From NCBI RefSeq assembly GCF_009914755.1, contig NC_060930.1: 64,000 bases of DNA; one strand, given 5' to 3'. Shown here in pieces: positions 14,188 to 26,934 of this stretch (position 1 is the first letter of the stretch; each line of letters starts with the position of its first letter). A model generated the notes under the pieces. It saw only the letters and a list, made by a program, of their open reading frames with translations, had not been told where the DNA came from and ran no database searches. The position numbers and the translations under genes are program-made. Source of the stretch: the human T2T-CHM13v2.0 reference genome, Homo sapiens.

Positions 14188-14651
14188 AGTTTATTGCCCA
14201 CCCCAAATCCATTCTTTTCTTTTTCAATTGTAGCAAAACCCTGATTTTTGGGGAGTGGCATTGTGTCCAGCTACAAAACTTTATATTACCAATGATTTTA
14301 GCAAACCAAGTCATGACCAATAAGATGTAGGTGGAAGTTTTAGAGAATGCTTTTGGAAAACTTTTTATTATGGGCTGAAGTTACCTGACAGTATTTTATA
14401 GTCCTTCTGCCTCTCATGAAGACATGACAGCTGGAGCTACAGTGATTACCAATGGCAATGAGATGGTCTTGAGGATGAAAGTCACTTGCAAAGTATGTTG
14501 AGCAGAGAAGAGATAGCCTGAGTGTTGTGGCATTATGGAGTCATCACACCTACCCTACATTATTTACTTTTTCACATTTTAGTTTATTTCACTGAGTTTT
14601 TTTTTTTTCATGTCTGTTGCTAGTAACAAAATGCAATACCAAATTGATAGA
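14188..14651 (+). mobile_element. Old MaLR/ERVL LTR (MLT1J/LTR16-like)
   Basis: gaccaataagatgtaggtggaagt...atgacagctggagctacag...tgaggatgaaagtcac...tctgttgctagtaacaaaatgcaatacc. Confidence 0.55.
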
Positions 14652-15679
14652 CAATGCTCTTTCTCAGAAGACTGTCATCTAACTGGTGTTATTTAGTACT
14701 TTTTTCCCATGAATACATGCCTAAATATCTTTCCTTGACATGTAAAAAGGGAACCTAGAGAAATATTGTTATTTTCTGGCTTTTCTGAAGGTCCTGTCTA
14801 TCCTCTGGATGACTGACATCCAACATGACCATAAAGGAGAACCTAATCACTATTCATAAGCATTACAGAAGCATGTACAACATTCTTCCTGTACTGAGTA
14901 AAAGATACCCTGTGATCAATTAATTAGGGAGCTTCAACATTTAGAATAAGTGTAATCATTGGCACATTTACTTAAATCATTTGATTTAAGAGACATTCTT
15001 CATGCACCTGTAATTTGATCAAGGTGACTTAAGAATGCTTTTAGGGAGGCATGACTGGACTTGACTGTAACTAAGGAAACACATATTAAAATAATTACAT
15101 TTAACTGTGTTCATAGAGCTTGAAGAATATATGAAGAGAAGGGAGATAGACTAAAAATAAATGAAAGAATGGGACTGAAAGTTAAAATATGATAATGTTC
15201 TGAGCATTAGTCACTGGAGAATGTGCCTAATTTAAATAATTAAATTTGTGTTCTCTGTGAGCTTCATTAGCACAAGTCCAATTCTGACTGTTAGGCTGTA
15301 ATGAAATCACCAAAATAGTGCCACCCTGTTGGGATATCTTTGACTGGACAGCTGGCAATTCTCAAGTGATTTCTCTCAGTCCCTGGCATTCAGTATCCTC
15401 AAACAGACCACCCCTACAGAAACATGACTTTGCTCAACAGTCTTCATAAATCAGTTTTATTCAAATTGTAACCTATTTATTCCAAAACCCATATAAAAAT
15501 ATAATGTATGGAGAGAACAGGATTGTTTTGTCATTCTCATTCTTAACTTCTATAAATCTCTTCTAATTGTTCATTTTCTTATTATCTGGCTTTAGTTCTT
15601 CCATCACTTATAAAATGTAACCATTTATCCAAGGTTCAGTTCTTGGATGATGCCCTTCATCATAAAACATCCTCCAGTT

Positions 15680-16160
15680 ATTAAAAACAAAACCCTAAGA
15701 ACTACAACTTCATCTCCTTACTCTCCTTTTCAGTTAAATTCCTCTGGAGCTGCTATACTTGTTGTCTTCAATCATTTTTCCTTTCTCTACTTAATCCACC
15801 CTCATCCAACTTTAACCTCTCCATGAAACTGCTATGTAAACATCAGGAGTGCCCTTCATGTTGCTAAATGCAAAGGTCAGTGTTCTTTCTTCATCTTCCC
15901 TGATCTAACATCAGATTTCCAAACAGTTTATCACCCCCTCCTTATCAAAATACTCTCTAGCTCTTTATTTTCCAGGACCCTATATATATTTGAGGTCACT
16001 TATAACTCAACAATTCCTCCTTATTAGGTACTTCTGCTAATTTATTCTCTTCTCTCCAATCCTTCATACTGGTGTGTCTGGGGTTGAGTCTTGATCCTCT
16101 TTTGTTCGCTATCAATACTCATTCCCCTGGTATTCTGAGGACTTGAAATACCATGTCCAT
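15680..16160 (+). mobile_element. L2 RT-region fragment
   Basis: catgttgctaaatgcaaaggtca...catcttccctgatctaacatcagatttccaaacagtttatcac is a decayed form of the L2 'LDLSAAFDTVDH' region. Confidence 0.7.
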
Positions 16161-16494
16161 TATCATCTCATTTCTGCTGCTCAATAGCAGTGAAAACATG
16201 CATAAGTTGCTTATCCTTTCCATTAATCACTTTCCTTATTTGTAATATAGAAGCAAAATACAAATTTACCTCTTTTTTTTGTTCTTCAAGGCTGTTCTCC
16301 CACTGTCTCTACCTTGTAAAATGGTTGTGTAAATTAAATATTAATGTATTTAAATTTATCTTGGCACACGGTAGGAGTGTAAGCTAGAAAAAAGGGTGAC
16401 AGACTAGGGAGAAAGGTTAGCAAGAGAATTTGCTCTTCAGATGTGACCCAAAGTGTTCACATCCATTGATCTGAGATTGCCATTCTTGCTTCTT

Positions 16495-16610
16495 CTCTGA
16501 AGAGCCTCTGTGACTTTGAATGACACATTTAATGCCCGGGCCTTGGTTTTCTTTCCAATAAAAGGAAGGGACTGATCTAGATGACTTCCCAGATCCCTAA
16601 TATCACTAAA
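16495..16610 (+). mobile_element. MIR3-like SINE fragment
   Basis: ctgtgactttgaatgacacatttaa...gccttggttttc...taaaa...ctagatgacttcc. Confidence 0.55.
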
Positions 16611-16806
16611 GATTCGTGCTTCTCTTGAGTCTTCAGGATCAGGGCAAAGTTTCACACCAAAACCAGTCCTTGGCCTTTGAACATGACTGTTCCAGGATGA
16701 TATTTATTTTTCACATTGTTTCTAAAGGATATTCAGAGGGAGGGTGAGATTTGCAGTTCAGCATTGGTTAGGAAATGAGAAAGGAGCTGATGTTCATCCT
16801 CGTTAC

Positions 16807-16834
16807 CTGGTATGACTTCTGGATGGTGAGAATC
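16807..16834 (-). other. Candidate 28-nt micro-exon of an unidentified minus-strand transcript
   Basis: Minus strand reads tactcat (branch-like) ttattgtccttttatttcttttcaag|GATTCTCACCATCCAGAAGTCATACCAG|gtaacg; no other AG for about 120 nt upstream of the acceptor. Confidence 0.45.
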
Positions 16835-17851
16835 CTTGAAAAGAAATAAAAGGACAATAATGAGTAAGACAAGAATAATAATATTAATAAAAGCAGGAGT
16901 GATATTCAATATATCACAGTATTAGCACAATATTAACAGTAGGAATGGCATGGGCACTGACAATGAGAATATCTTTCAGGTACGTAGGTATATTCCTGCT
17001 AAATGCCACCTCTGAGTGTAGGGAATTTTTGCAGGATTAACAAAGGTCAATTAAGATAAACTAGATGAAGGAAAAAATAAGGAGAAATTGCTATTAGCTC
17101 ACTCTGAGAATAGTTAGAAGTTTAAATTTTAATAAGATCTGGAAAGAAAATATATTAAATTCTCTAGCTTATTAGTCCTTTAAAAATATTTTGTGACTCA
17201 CAAAATTGCACATTACATATTCTGCACTTGGAGCCACCAAGATGGTCATCTAACTTTTTAAAATATGACTGTGAATGTGCTATTGTTTCTACATTACAAA
17301 CAAGGACAGTGATGCACTGAGAGGTTAGGCAACACATGCATGTTCTCAAAGGTAGTGAGCAGCAGAAATAGATGATACTTCAGGTATTCTAGTTTCTGGG
17401 TCCCTCTCTTAGATTTGTACCAGCCATTTCTTCTCACTGTACATTTCTGCTTACTACTCTTTTTGAAAAATGCTTTAGATAGAGGACTGAGAATGCCCTC
17501 TAACAGCAAACAGTATAGCTATTTCAGGGGAAAGGTTTGTTTTGATCACTCAGTATTAGAAAACCTATTTTGATCTCAGTAGAAATGAATTTATTTGGCA
17601 ACTTCATTAAATTCTGCACATTTATTTTTCTGGCAGTGTAACTCTAGTGAGGTAGAGGCCTCTTAGATTGGCATTCAGCTTCCTGTCTCTCATTTCTACT
17701 CCCTTGTACTATAAGGTAGTAGCAGCTTGAATACTTCTGAGCCTCTCAACAGCTGATGCTCCTGTACACTCTCTGCCACTTGGCTACTGGCTTCTGGCAG
17801 CTTGCACTGGCAAATATGGTCCCCACTGTTTCTAGGCTCGGAGGAGCAAAT

Positions 17852-18080
17852 GCATATAGCATGGTGGTTAAGAGCACAAATTCTATTGCCAGATTTCTGG
17901 GATTCAAATTCCTACTCTGACACTTACTATGTGGGTATGACTTTGGATAAGATACATATTTTCATATCTCAGATTTTTTTAATCTGTAAAATTAGGATCA
18001 TAATAGTCCATAGCTCATATAATTGTTGTAAAGATTAAATAAGTTCATCAGTCTATGGTGCTTAGCAAGTGCTCAGCAAG
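17852..18080 (+). mobile_element. MIR SINE, near full length
   Basis: tagcatggtggttaagagcac...gggattcaaattcctactctgacacttacta...ctcag...atctgtaaaattaggatcataatagt. Confidence 0.9.
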
Positions 18081-19560
18081 TCCACACAATGATTTATTAT
18101 TAAGCTTCAGTTAATTTGCTAACGCTAACATTTTCATAGAAACTTCAGTTTGCTTTTGAATTTTTTTATTCTAGAAACAAAACCTTTTTAAAATTGCTAA
18201 TATGCTATGAATAAAGATAACATACCAATATAGTATTAAAAAATTGTACATTGTGTAAGTTCTTATTATTCAGTATGCCTCTCTTTTAAGTAGTAGCCCT
18301 TCCAACCCTGCATTTCAGTGATTATTACGATTTTGCGTTATTTTGATTGCAAACACACACAATTGAAACTTCATTCCCAATATTTCACTTTTACAATTAG
18401 AATATAATGATTCTGTGCTTTGTATTTTTCTATATATATTTAAAAATAAACCTGTTTCAATGACTGGCATTAATAATATTAAAATGCAACTGTCGTGCTA
18501 ATGCTTAGGAAATTTTTTTAAATGGGTTTTAAGCATGCATCAGTTATCAAGGAGACATGCCAAGGTGGCTCAGTTGATTTTTGGTGATACTAAGGAAGTT
18601 CCTGACTCCTGGTCCTGCAACGGAATAAAAAAGAAGCCAGACTGCCTTTGACACTCACTGGGATATTCATCATCATTTCAATAAGGGAGGATGGAAAAGG
18701 TGATTACTTCAGAAGCTCATTATCTTTCTCCAGTCCTTATGCCTATAATTCCAGTACTTGCCAATCCCGAGCAAGATTTTCCAGTTTAAAAATATGGCCA
18801 ATATTTTCATAAGTCCTGCGTTTTATAGGCTACTGTTAGGAGCTGAAATAAAGAAGGAAAGCACTGGGACGTTTTCATGGTCAGAATATTGGTATGATTT
18901 TCTTTCCTTGAAAATAGAAGTGAAGTTCAGGATTAGACTGTGAATATATTTAGCCCTAAATATATTATGAATCGAAGCTTTCTTTATACTGGTCAGCAAA
19001 ACTAAGAAGCCAGAGAAATGTTCTAATCTAATCTATCAGGTACAATACTCTAAGTAAGTTAAGGTAGCTACAATTAAAATAATTCAATCAATATTAATTA
19101 ACCCTCCCCCACTTTATGTACATTTCTTTGGCAGAGGCTTAAGAGGAAATAGACCAATGAGGTATAAGCTCTGCTTTTATGCCAATGTATTTAGGAAAAA
19201 TAAATGGTGAAAATTGATCCTAATCTAATTAGTAGAATCTGGAGAGACTTTTTAAATGCCTGAGCCCTGTTCACAAATCAGGACTACTAGGATTAGACCA
19301 TCCCTATCATAGGCTGAACTAAAATCCAAACCTAAGCCTCCAGCTCTCCCTGGCTTTAGAGATAGGGGCCTGCATAGGTAAAGCATCCTTCAAAAGGAGC
19401 CATTAACACCACTTCCACCAGAGGGTGCAGTCTTCCTGAGACAAAGGAAGCCAGAACAAACTCCTCCTCTAGAACCAGTGACGGAAGAATGAAATGGAAA
19501 GAGCTGTACATTTCATGACACATAAATTCTTTTCTTTTGGCTCATGAACCCAATAAACTC

Positions 19561-20307
19561 AAATTTCTTTGAGTTTTAAAACCCTTTGATTGTAAGTATT
19601 TTCAGCAGGTTTTCTTTCTTCATCATATAGTTATTGCAAAGTCTGATGTATGAGGCATTGGGCTAGGTGTGAAGATCCAAGAGTCAGTCAAGGAAACATG
19701 ATTGGATACATAAGGTAGTAGAATTTTCAGACAAAAAACAGCTTCTACCGTTTAGGTACCTGTTGTTAAAATGTGCTTAATTTAGTTGACCATTGTTAGG
19801 TCAGGAAAAGTTGAAATTCACTATACAAAGTGAATTTCAAATCTTCCTAACCTATAAGAGTTTGTACTTGTAAACATAATATTAATATGTTCTATAATCT
19901 GGCCCCAAATTTTTACCCCAAAGGTATTTGGTATAATATCTGAAAAAGTGTGCATTCTAGTTAGACTAAATTCTCAATCCAATTAAAATGGACTGTCTCA
20001 CCGCACACCTTACATTGGATGACTTTGCACAATGTGGTTACCTCAGCCTGGAATCCCTCTTCCTATTCCTCCAACCTTTCAAGTCCTAAAAACCAGCTCA
20101 AATTTTATGTAATCCATGAGTAATTCTCCAAGTGAAAGAAATTTATTTGAGTTTAAAAACCCTTTGGTTAAAGTATTTTTAGCAGGTTTTCATTCTTCAT
20201 CAAATAGTTTTTGCAAACTCTAATGTATGAAGCATTGGGCTATGTGTGAAGATACAACAGTCAATGAAACATAATTAGACATAAAGCCTAGTGGAGTTTT
20301 CAGACAA
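19561..20307. repeat. Diverged ~170-bp direct duplication (19561-19734 and 20139-20307)
   Basis: Colinear blocks aaattt.tttgagttt.aaaaccctttg / agcaggttttc.ttcttcatca.atagtt.ttgcaaa / atgtatga.gcattgggcta.gtgtgaagat / ttttcagacaa occur in both copies. Confidence 0.9.
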
Positions 20308-21607
20308 GCAAGCAAATCACTATGATACATATGTATTTGTAGTTATAACATAGGGTTCTAGGCAACTAAAAGACAGTCATACATCCCAGGTTCAGGGTGT
20401 CAGGAAAGACTACCTTGAAGACATGAAGCCAAGGTGCCTAGGACTTAGCAAATCATTGGTTGAAATAATTAATGAGCTCCAAGTTAGAATTCTGATTATG
20501 CCAATTTGCTGCTCAAAAACTTGTAATGACTCCTTATATTATACAAAATAGAACCTATGCTGCTAAGCACTTATAGCTGCACAGGAGTTAGTCAAATGAA
20601 TAGGGGCCCAGGAATGGGAAGGAAGAATATTTGTGGCATAAGAAAAGCCTGAAGGAGAAAGAGCATGGCACACAGGGTAGTGGGCATACTTTCTCACCCT
20701 CCTAACCCACCACATAATAAAACAGGCTTTTTTTGCCTTTGCGTAAAAATACTGTAGCATCTTTAAAAAAAAATCTTCACCACGAGATGGTAAGTTTTTT
20801 ACTTGAAAGAAGTTGTTATATTCTTCAGAATGTCATATACAAACAGCCTAGGACACTGATCAATTAATTGCCTTGAATTTGATTAAATATTATACAATAT
20901 CATTGTTGAAAGGAGAAAGGATCACTATATAGGAAAATTAGATATTTTCTCTTTATATACTTTATATGCTGTCAAATGCTATCAATTATTAATTAATATT
21001 GAATTTAGCTTCTGTGCTTTCCAGAAATTATTTTAACTTACTCTCCACTCTGATGAGTCCAGTTTTTGTACATAGCCAACTACAATGGTTTCTATCTGTC
21101 AGAGCTCTCCACTTACAATGTCAGAAGTTGATGTAATGTTTAATGCTTCAGGCGTCAAAAGTCTTTCATCTTTCCAGACTATACTGAGCTAGAACTTTAT
21201 CCCTTCTTTCTGTAGGGTCAGTGAAAAATGTAATTCCATCTATATTCACTTTTACTGTGGTTTAAAACATGAGCTATAACCTAGGAAAACATGTGGTGGT
21301 CACTTAGCAAATATCACCGCTGTCACACTTCTTTTCCCTAGAGTGACATTAATGCCTCTTCGATAATGCCTCTCATAAGCTTCTGTTTCTTATTGGTCTT
21401 ACCTTTCTTCTTTTACTTTTTTTGAATGAAGAATACAAATAAATTTTTGGGTTTTTTTTTCTGAACCAGTTGTGAGTAGTTTAAAAATTTGATATTCCAT
21501 CAATCCCAAACTCTTGTGTGCAATTCCTGAAAACAAGGACATTTTCTAACATAACCACAATATGACCATCAAAATCAGGAAGTTAACACTGGAAAACAAA
21601 TATCGTC

Positions 21608-22006
21608 TGTTATAAGATGAATTGTATTCCTCTCCTCAACATTCATACATTGAAGTACCAACCCTCAGTACCTCAGGATGTGATTCTATTTGGAGATAAG
21701 GCTTCTAAAGAGGAAATTAAGATGAGGCCTGTCTAATCCAATCTGATGAGTGTCCTTATGAGAAGAGAAAATTCAGACACGAAAAGAGACACTAGGGGTG
21801 CAGATGCACAGAGAAATGATTACGTAAACAAGCAACAAGAAGAAGAAATCTGCAAGCCAAAAAGAAAAGCCTCAGAAGATACCAACATTGCTAGCACCTT
21901 GATCTTGGAAATCCAGCTTCTAGTGCTATGAAAAAAAGTAGTTTTTTAATTGTTTAAGCTATCCAGTCTGTTATTTTGTTATGGAAGTCCTAGCAAGCTA
22001 ATATAC
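21608..22006 (+). mobile_element. MaLR solo LTR (MLT1B-like)
   Basis: tgttata...cagtacctcaggatgtga..tatttggagataagg...ttgttatggaagtcctagcaagctaatatac. Confidence 0.88.
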
Positions 22007-22449
22007 CAATGAATATACAAACCCCATTCAAGTATTTTAAGTTGTCCAATAATAAAATGTATAGTGAAATATCCAAACAATTGTCAACTGTATTTAGTCA
22101 TGGTTCTTTATTCTCAATAAATCTGGAACAGTGGCTCGTTCTTCCATTGACTTTCATGATTGTAACACTTGAAGAATAGACTTGCAGAGCTATTTTATAG
22201 AAATACATTTAATTTCTCTTATAATTTCTCATGATTAGATTCAGGCAATACATACTAATTTAGTCTCTGAATCCTGTGTTGTACTTTGACCCAGTGCTTG
22301 TGATATGAAGTTGATCATTTGATTAGGCTTTTGTTTGCTGTGATTATGTAATTTAAAGGTAGTCCTTTTCCTTTTATAATTATTTAAGTTTGTTGTTGGT
22401 GTGTTATTTTTCATGGGGAAATAGTTTGAGACTATGTATGTATCCTGGT

Positions 22450-22862
22450 TGCTATACTTTGGATGTTGTACCCTCCAATCTTTATGTTGAAATTTAATTC
22501 CCAGTGCAGAGGTGTTGAAAGATGAGGCTTAGTGGAAGGTGTTTGGGACATAGGAGTGGATTCCTTATGAATAGACTAATGTCCTCTCTCAGGGGTAAGA
22601 GAGTTCTTGCAAGAGGCCTGGTTGTTTAAAAGTGCCTAGCATCTCGCTCCTCTCTTGCTTGATTACTCTCTTGCTGTGTGGTATTTGCACATGTCAGGTC
22701 TCATTTACCTTCTGCCACAAATGGAAATGGCCTGAGGCCCTGATCAGGTGCCCAATCTTGAACTTTTCTAGCCATCAGAATTGTGGGCCAAATAAACCTT
22801 TTTTCTTTATAAATTACGCAGGCTTAGGTATCCTTTATAGCAACACAAAACAGACTAATACG
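22450..22862 (+). mobile_element. MaLR solo LTR (MST family)
   Basis: tgctata.tttggatg...aaataaacc...ataaattac...atagcaacacaaaacagactaatac; 5-bp TSD ctggt/ctgat. Confidence 0.88.
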
Positions 22863-24162
22863 CTGATTCTTGTCAAAATTTTAAGCACCATTTTTAGCAT
22901 CCATAGATGATTCTTGCCTGAATCAAGTTCTATGATGTTTACCAGATGGTGCATTTTTAATTCCTTCATTCCTTCTACATACATAATTTTCTTCCATAAG
23001 GGAAGATTTATCTTATCTCCATTTACTTATTCATTCATTTATATAATTTATATATTTATTTATGTTAACGTTTAAATCATACCAGATTTTAAAAATTGGA
23101 GTCTCTTCAAGCTGGCATCCATGTTCTTTTGTCATGTCTTCAACATTCTTTGATGTTTTCCTTTACATCATGATGTTCGAGGCTCATCTTTTACTGTCCT
23201 ACTCCTAAAGTTAGTGATTTCCTCAAGAAAACTTGCTTCTTGTTAATGACAATTATATTAATATTTAGAAGCCAAGATCCAGGTACTAAATGAGCTCATT
23301 GCTATTGGGGTGTCACTTCTCCCAGACCCTTCCAGTTTAGGGGACAGAAAATATGTGTGTGTTTGTGTGTGCATGTGTACGTGCGTGTATGTAAAACCAT
23401 GAGTTCACACTGATAACTCTAATTCCAATCAATATCATAGGTTTTTTCTTTTTATATTTATAGCTTTCCTTTCTAACAGTGAGAAATATGTCTGCTCAAT
23501 ATTTGTCAATGTAAATAGACTCAGCTCTTATGTATGTAAAAATCTGTTGCTGAAAATATCTAGTGTGAACACCCTCTGCCCCTTTCTTAGACTCTACCAC
23601 TCCATGCTTGGCCACTACCACAACCCCCTGTTTGAACATCCTCTTCCTCTAGTCAGGGTAGCAACTCTATTTCACCAACACAAGACTAACTTGCTCTTAC
23701 CCCCAGGTGAATTATTCAGAAAAGAAGAAAGCAAAGAAACATACAAACTATTTTTTAAATTAAACATTTTTTCTAACTGTGGAATTAAAGATGTTCCAGG
23801 TATCTACCAAAATATGAGTTAAAGTGATTCCAAAATTGCAATAATCTTTCTTCCATAACTGCTTAATTAGGCAATCTTATTAAATTCGTCTAATGAGATT
23901 ACAAACAGGTGCTCATTTGGACAAGCTCTTCCCCTCTTTAGCTTTTTCATTCTGTTTTCTGAGTATTGAAAGCAGTTGTGTTCACCTGATTTAACAAAGA
24001 CCACCTGGGAGCATACACCTTAAATCTATAAAATTTTTATGTCACATGTATCTTAACAAAAGAGAAAAAAATACTGGTGCATTAGTCCTACTCCACAACA
24101 ATAAAATCATAATCTCTGGTGTAAGGCCCAATCACGGGCATTTTCTAAAACAGTCTCTTTGC

Positions 24163-24237
24163 TTTTTGTTTGTTTGTTTGTTTTTTGAGACGGGGTCTTA
24201 CTCTGTTGCCCAGGCTGGAGAGCAGTGACACGATCTC
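24163..24237 (-). mobile_element. 5'-truncated Alu, 3' end only
   Basis: (tttg)n tail then gagacggggtcttactctgttgcccaggctggagagcagtgacacgatctc. Confidence 0.88.
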
Positions 24238-24359
24238 CATTTGTTTCTATCTTTAGTTAACAATCACTGTAAAATATTCTCCCACTCTTTAAAACTTACT
24301 TACATAAAAATAACATATGGCCTAAACTTACTGTAATAGGCAAATACTAAACTTGCCCT

Positions 24360-25392
24360 TATACTCTCTACCCCGTGGGGTTCTGCCCTTATATAATCTA
24401 ATTTCCTGTAATGTGGGTAGGATTTGCTTCTAGCCAATAAAAAGTGTCAAATGTGAAGTAATTTCACAGATGTAATACAGGTTCCAAATCAGTTAATTTT
24501 GATTCAATCAAAATAAGATTATCTTGGGTGAGCATGTGTCTTAGTCTATTTTCTGATGCTATAACAGTGCTACCCACTAGGTAATTTACATAAAATAAAA
24601 GTTTATTTCTTACAGTTCTGGAGGCTAAGAAGTCCAAGAACATGGTACTGGCATCTGTTGAGGTTCTTCTTACTGCATCACCACATAAGAGAAGGTTGAC
24701 GAGCAAGACAGACCAAGGCACCAGAGGCCAGACTTTCTTTGTAACAACCTACTGTCAAGATAACCTCTCGCTGGAGAACAATGTTCATTCATTCATTCAT
24801 GAGGGTTCTGCCTCCATGACACAATTACCTCTTGTTAGGCCCCACCTCCAAAAACTGCTGCATTTGGGATTAGTTTCCAACACATAAACTTTTGGGGGGG
24901 GGTACATTCAAACCATAGAAACATGACTTAATTAGTTAAAATCCCTTAAAAGTGGGACTGAGCACTCCCTAATGAGAAAGACTCTCTCTTCATCACTGGC
25001 TTAAAAAAAGTAAGCGCCTCTGTTGTGAGAAGCCCTATGGAGAGGGGAATGTGGCAAGGAGCTGCAAAGAGTGCAAGCAGCTACTAGAAGCTAAGGGTGT
25101 CCTCTTATTGACAACCAACAAGAAATCTGTACCTCAGTCCTACAACTACAGAGAAATGAATTCTGCCAACAACCGGAGATCTTAGAAGATGATCTTTCTC
25201 TAGCAAATCTTTCAGATGAAGATGCAGCCTGACCAATACCTAAACTGAAGCCTCTTACACCCTAAGCAGAGGACCCCATTAGGTTGCATTCAGACTCCTG
25301 ACCCACAAAAACTGTGAAGTAGTAAATGTGTGTTGTTTAAAGTTGCTAAATAAATGAGATGATGTATTATGCAGCAATAGAAAACTAATACA
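24360..25392 (+). mobile_element. MaLR LTR (MLT1E-like) split by a nested LTR
   Basis: tttcacagatgtaat..aggttccaaatcagtt...agattatcttgggtg [insert] ...ctcagtcctacaac...aaatgaattctgccaacaac...ttatgcagcaatagaaaactaataca. Confidence 0.85.
24537..24920 (-). mobile_element. MST-type MaLR LTR nested in the MLT1E-like LTR
   Basis: tgtcttagtc...ttacagttctggaggctaagaagtccaag...acattcaaaccatag; 5-bp TSD gcatg/acatg. Confidence 0.88.
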
Positions 25393-25687
25393 ATTGCCAA
25401 CATCATTTTGGTTGCTGGGCAATATTCCCATTCTTTAAAGGGGATTTATCTTATTTGGTTATACACATGAAAAAGTAGAGAATTGGACATAGGGTAGATG
25501 ATCAGGAAATATTTTTTATTGACTGGAAATATCCGATAAAAATAATCTATGGTATAATGAATATGTCTTGTCTGTTACATTTCAGCTTTCCAAAGAATAT
25601 TTACACTTCCAAGGAGCACATTTGATGTCACTGCCTTCTTCCTTTGTGCTGAAAGTCAGTAGTTTGACGTATTTTTTCTAATGGGTC

Positions 25688-26152
25688 TCTTATAAAATGC
25701 ATATTTCAGTCCCCCCTCCACAGAAATAATATGTTAAAACCTTACCCTAATAAAAGGGTATTAGAAAGTAGGGACTTTAGGAGGTAATGAGACCATGAGG
25801 GTGAAGGCTTCATTATGGGATTAGTGTTTTTATATGAAGAGAGAACAGAGGAGAGATTCTCTCAATTAGATAGATTACTAGATAGATAGATAGACAGACA
25901 GATAGATAGTTATAGATGTAGACATACATATAGATATCTGTCACCCGCCCTTCCCTCCCTCTGTCTGCCATGTGAGGATACAGCACAAAGTTGTCCATCT
26001 GTAAACTAGGAAGAGGACTCTCGTGAGAAATCAGGCAGGCCAGCCTCTTGATCTTGTACCTTACAACGTCCAGAATTGCTAGCAATAAATTTCTATTGTT
26101 TAAGCAAGACAGTCTATGGTATCTTGTTATAACATCCCAAGCTGACTAAAAT
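25688..26152 (+). mobile_element. MaLR solo LTR (MLT1A-like) containing a GATA microsatellite
   Basis: catgagggtgaag...atgggattagtg...gccatgtgaggatacagca...aataaatttctattgtttaagc...gctgactaaaata. Confidence 0.85.
25867..25938. repeat. Imperfect (GATA)n/(GACA)n microsatellite
   Basis: tagatagat...gatagatagatagacagacagatagatag. Confidence 0.85.
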
Positions 26153-26934
26153 AGGGTCAAGTTCTGCCTTGGGACATTGGCAAATAGCTTTTATAAAAAT
26201 AAATCAGTGAGTGTAAAATATACGCACTGAGAGCATTTTAAATTTTATAGTATTGTTATCTTCTTTAATGAAAACAATATCAATTGAATTAAGCCCAACT
26301 TCATCACACTCATTCATACTTACTCAAGCCATCAATATATACATATTCTTCAATCAGAAAAACTATGAAAGTTCTTTTTTTTCTTTCCTCTAGTGTAATA
26401 TGGCTCTTACAATGTTTATAAAAATGCTTTTATACAAATATTCCTAGGATGAAAAAAAAGACTTTCTCGTAAGTAAAATTTGGCCTGGAGGGAAAAATAA
26501 AACATGGTAGGTTAGAGCTGGAGATAATAAAACTTCTGAGCAAACTTTGAAGCTCTCTGAAAGTACTAGAGCAGCTTTTGATAAGTGCTATCACTGTGTG
26601 CAAGTGTCTGATTTGGTCTTAAATTTTGTCACTCTGTTTATTCCGCATAACTTCACACTTCAGCCAAATTTGTTTCCATGTGTTTTATGTCCTCTGAGCC
26701 TAGTTTTCTAGTTCAAACTGGGCTACATGACTTCACTGTAATTTCTAACTACTATCCTATTTAAAAAAAAGTTCATGTTCTACCTTCTCTATAAGAAAGG
26801 CTAATACTCCTTTGAATTTTCAATATATAATATAGCAAACTATCTTTCTGGTAAAGGGAAGGACGAAAGGAGGAAACTGTGGGCAATGAGTTACTCAAGG
26901 CAGCTTGCTATAAGATTTTTGTTTATTTTTTAAT

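Larger units (their letters stand above)
21480..23500 (-). mobile_element. Old L1MC-like 3' region interrupted by two MaLR LTRs
   Basis: aacaaggacattttctaacataaccacaat...atcaaaatcaggaagttaacact resumes after each LTR; later ttagaagccaagatccaggtacta. Confidence 0.7.
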
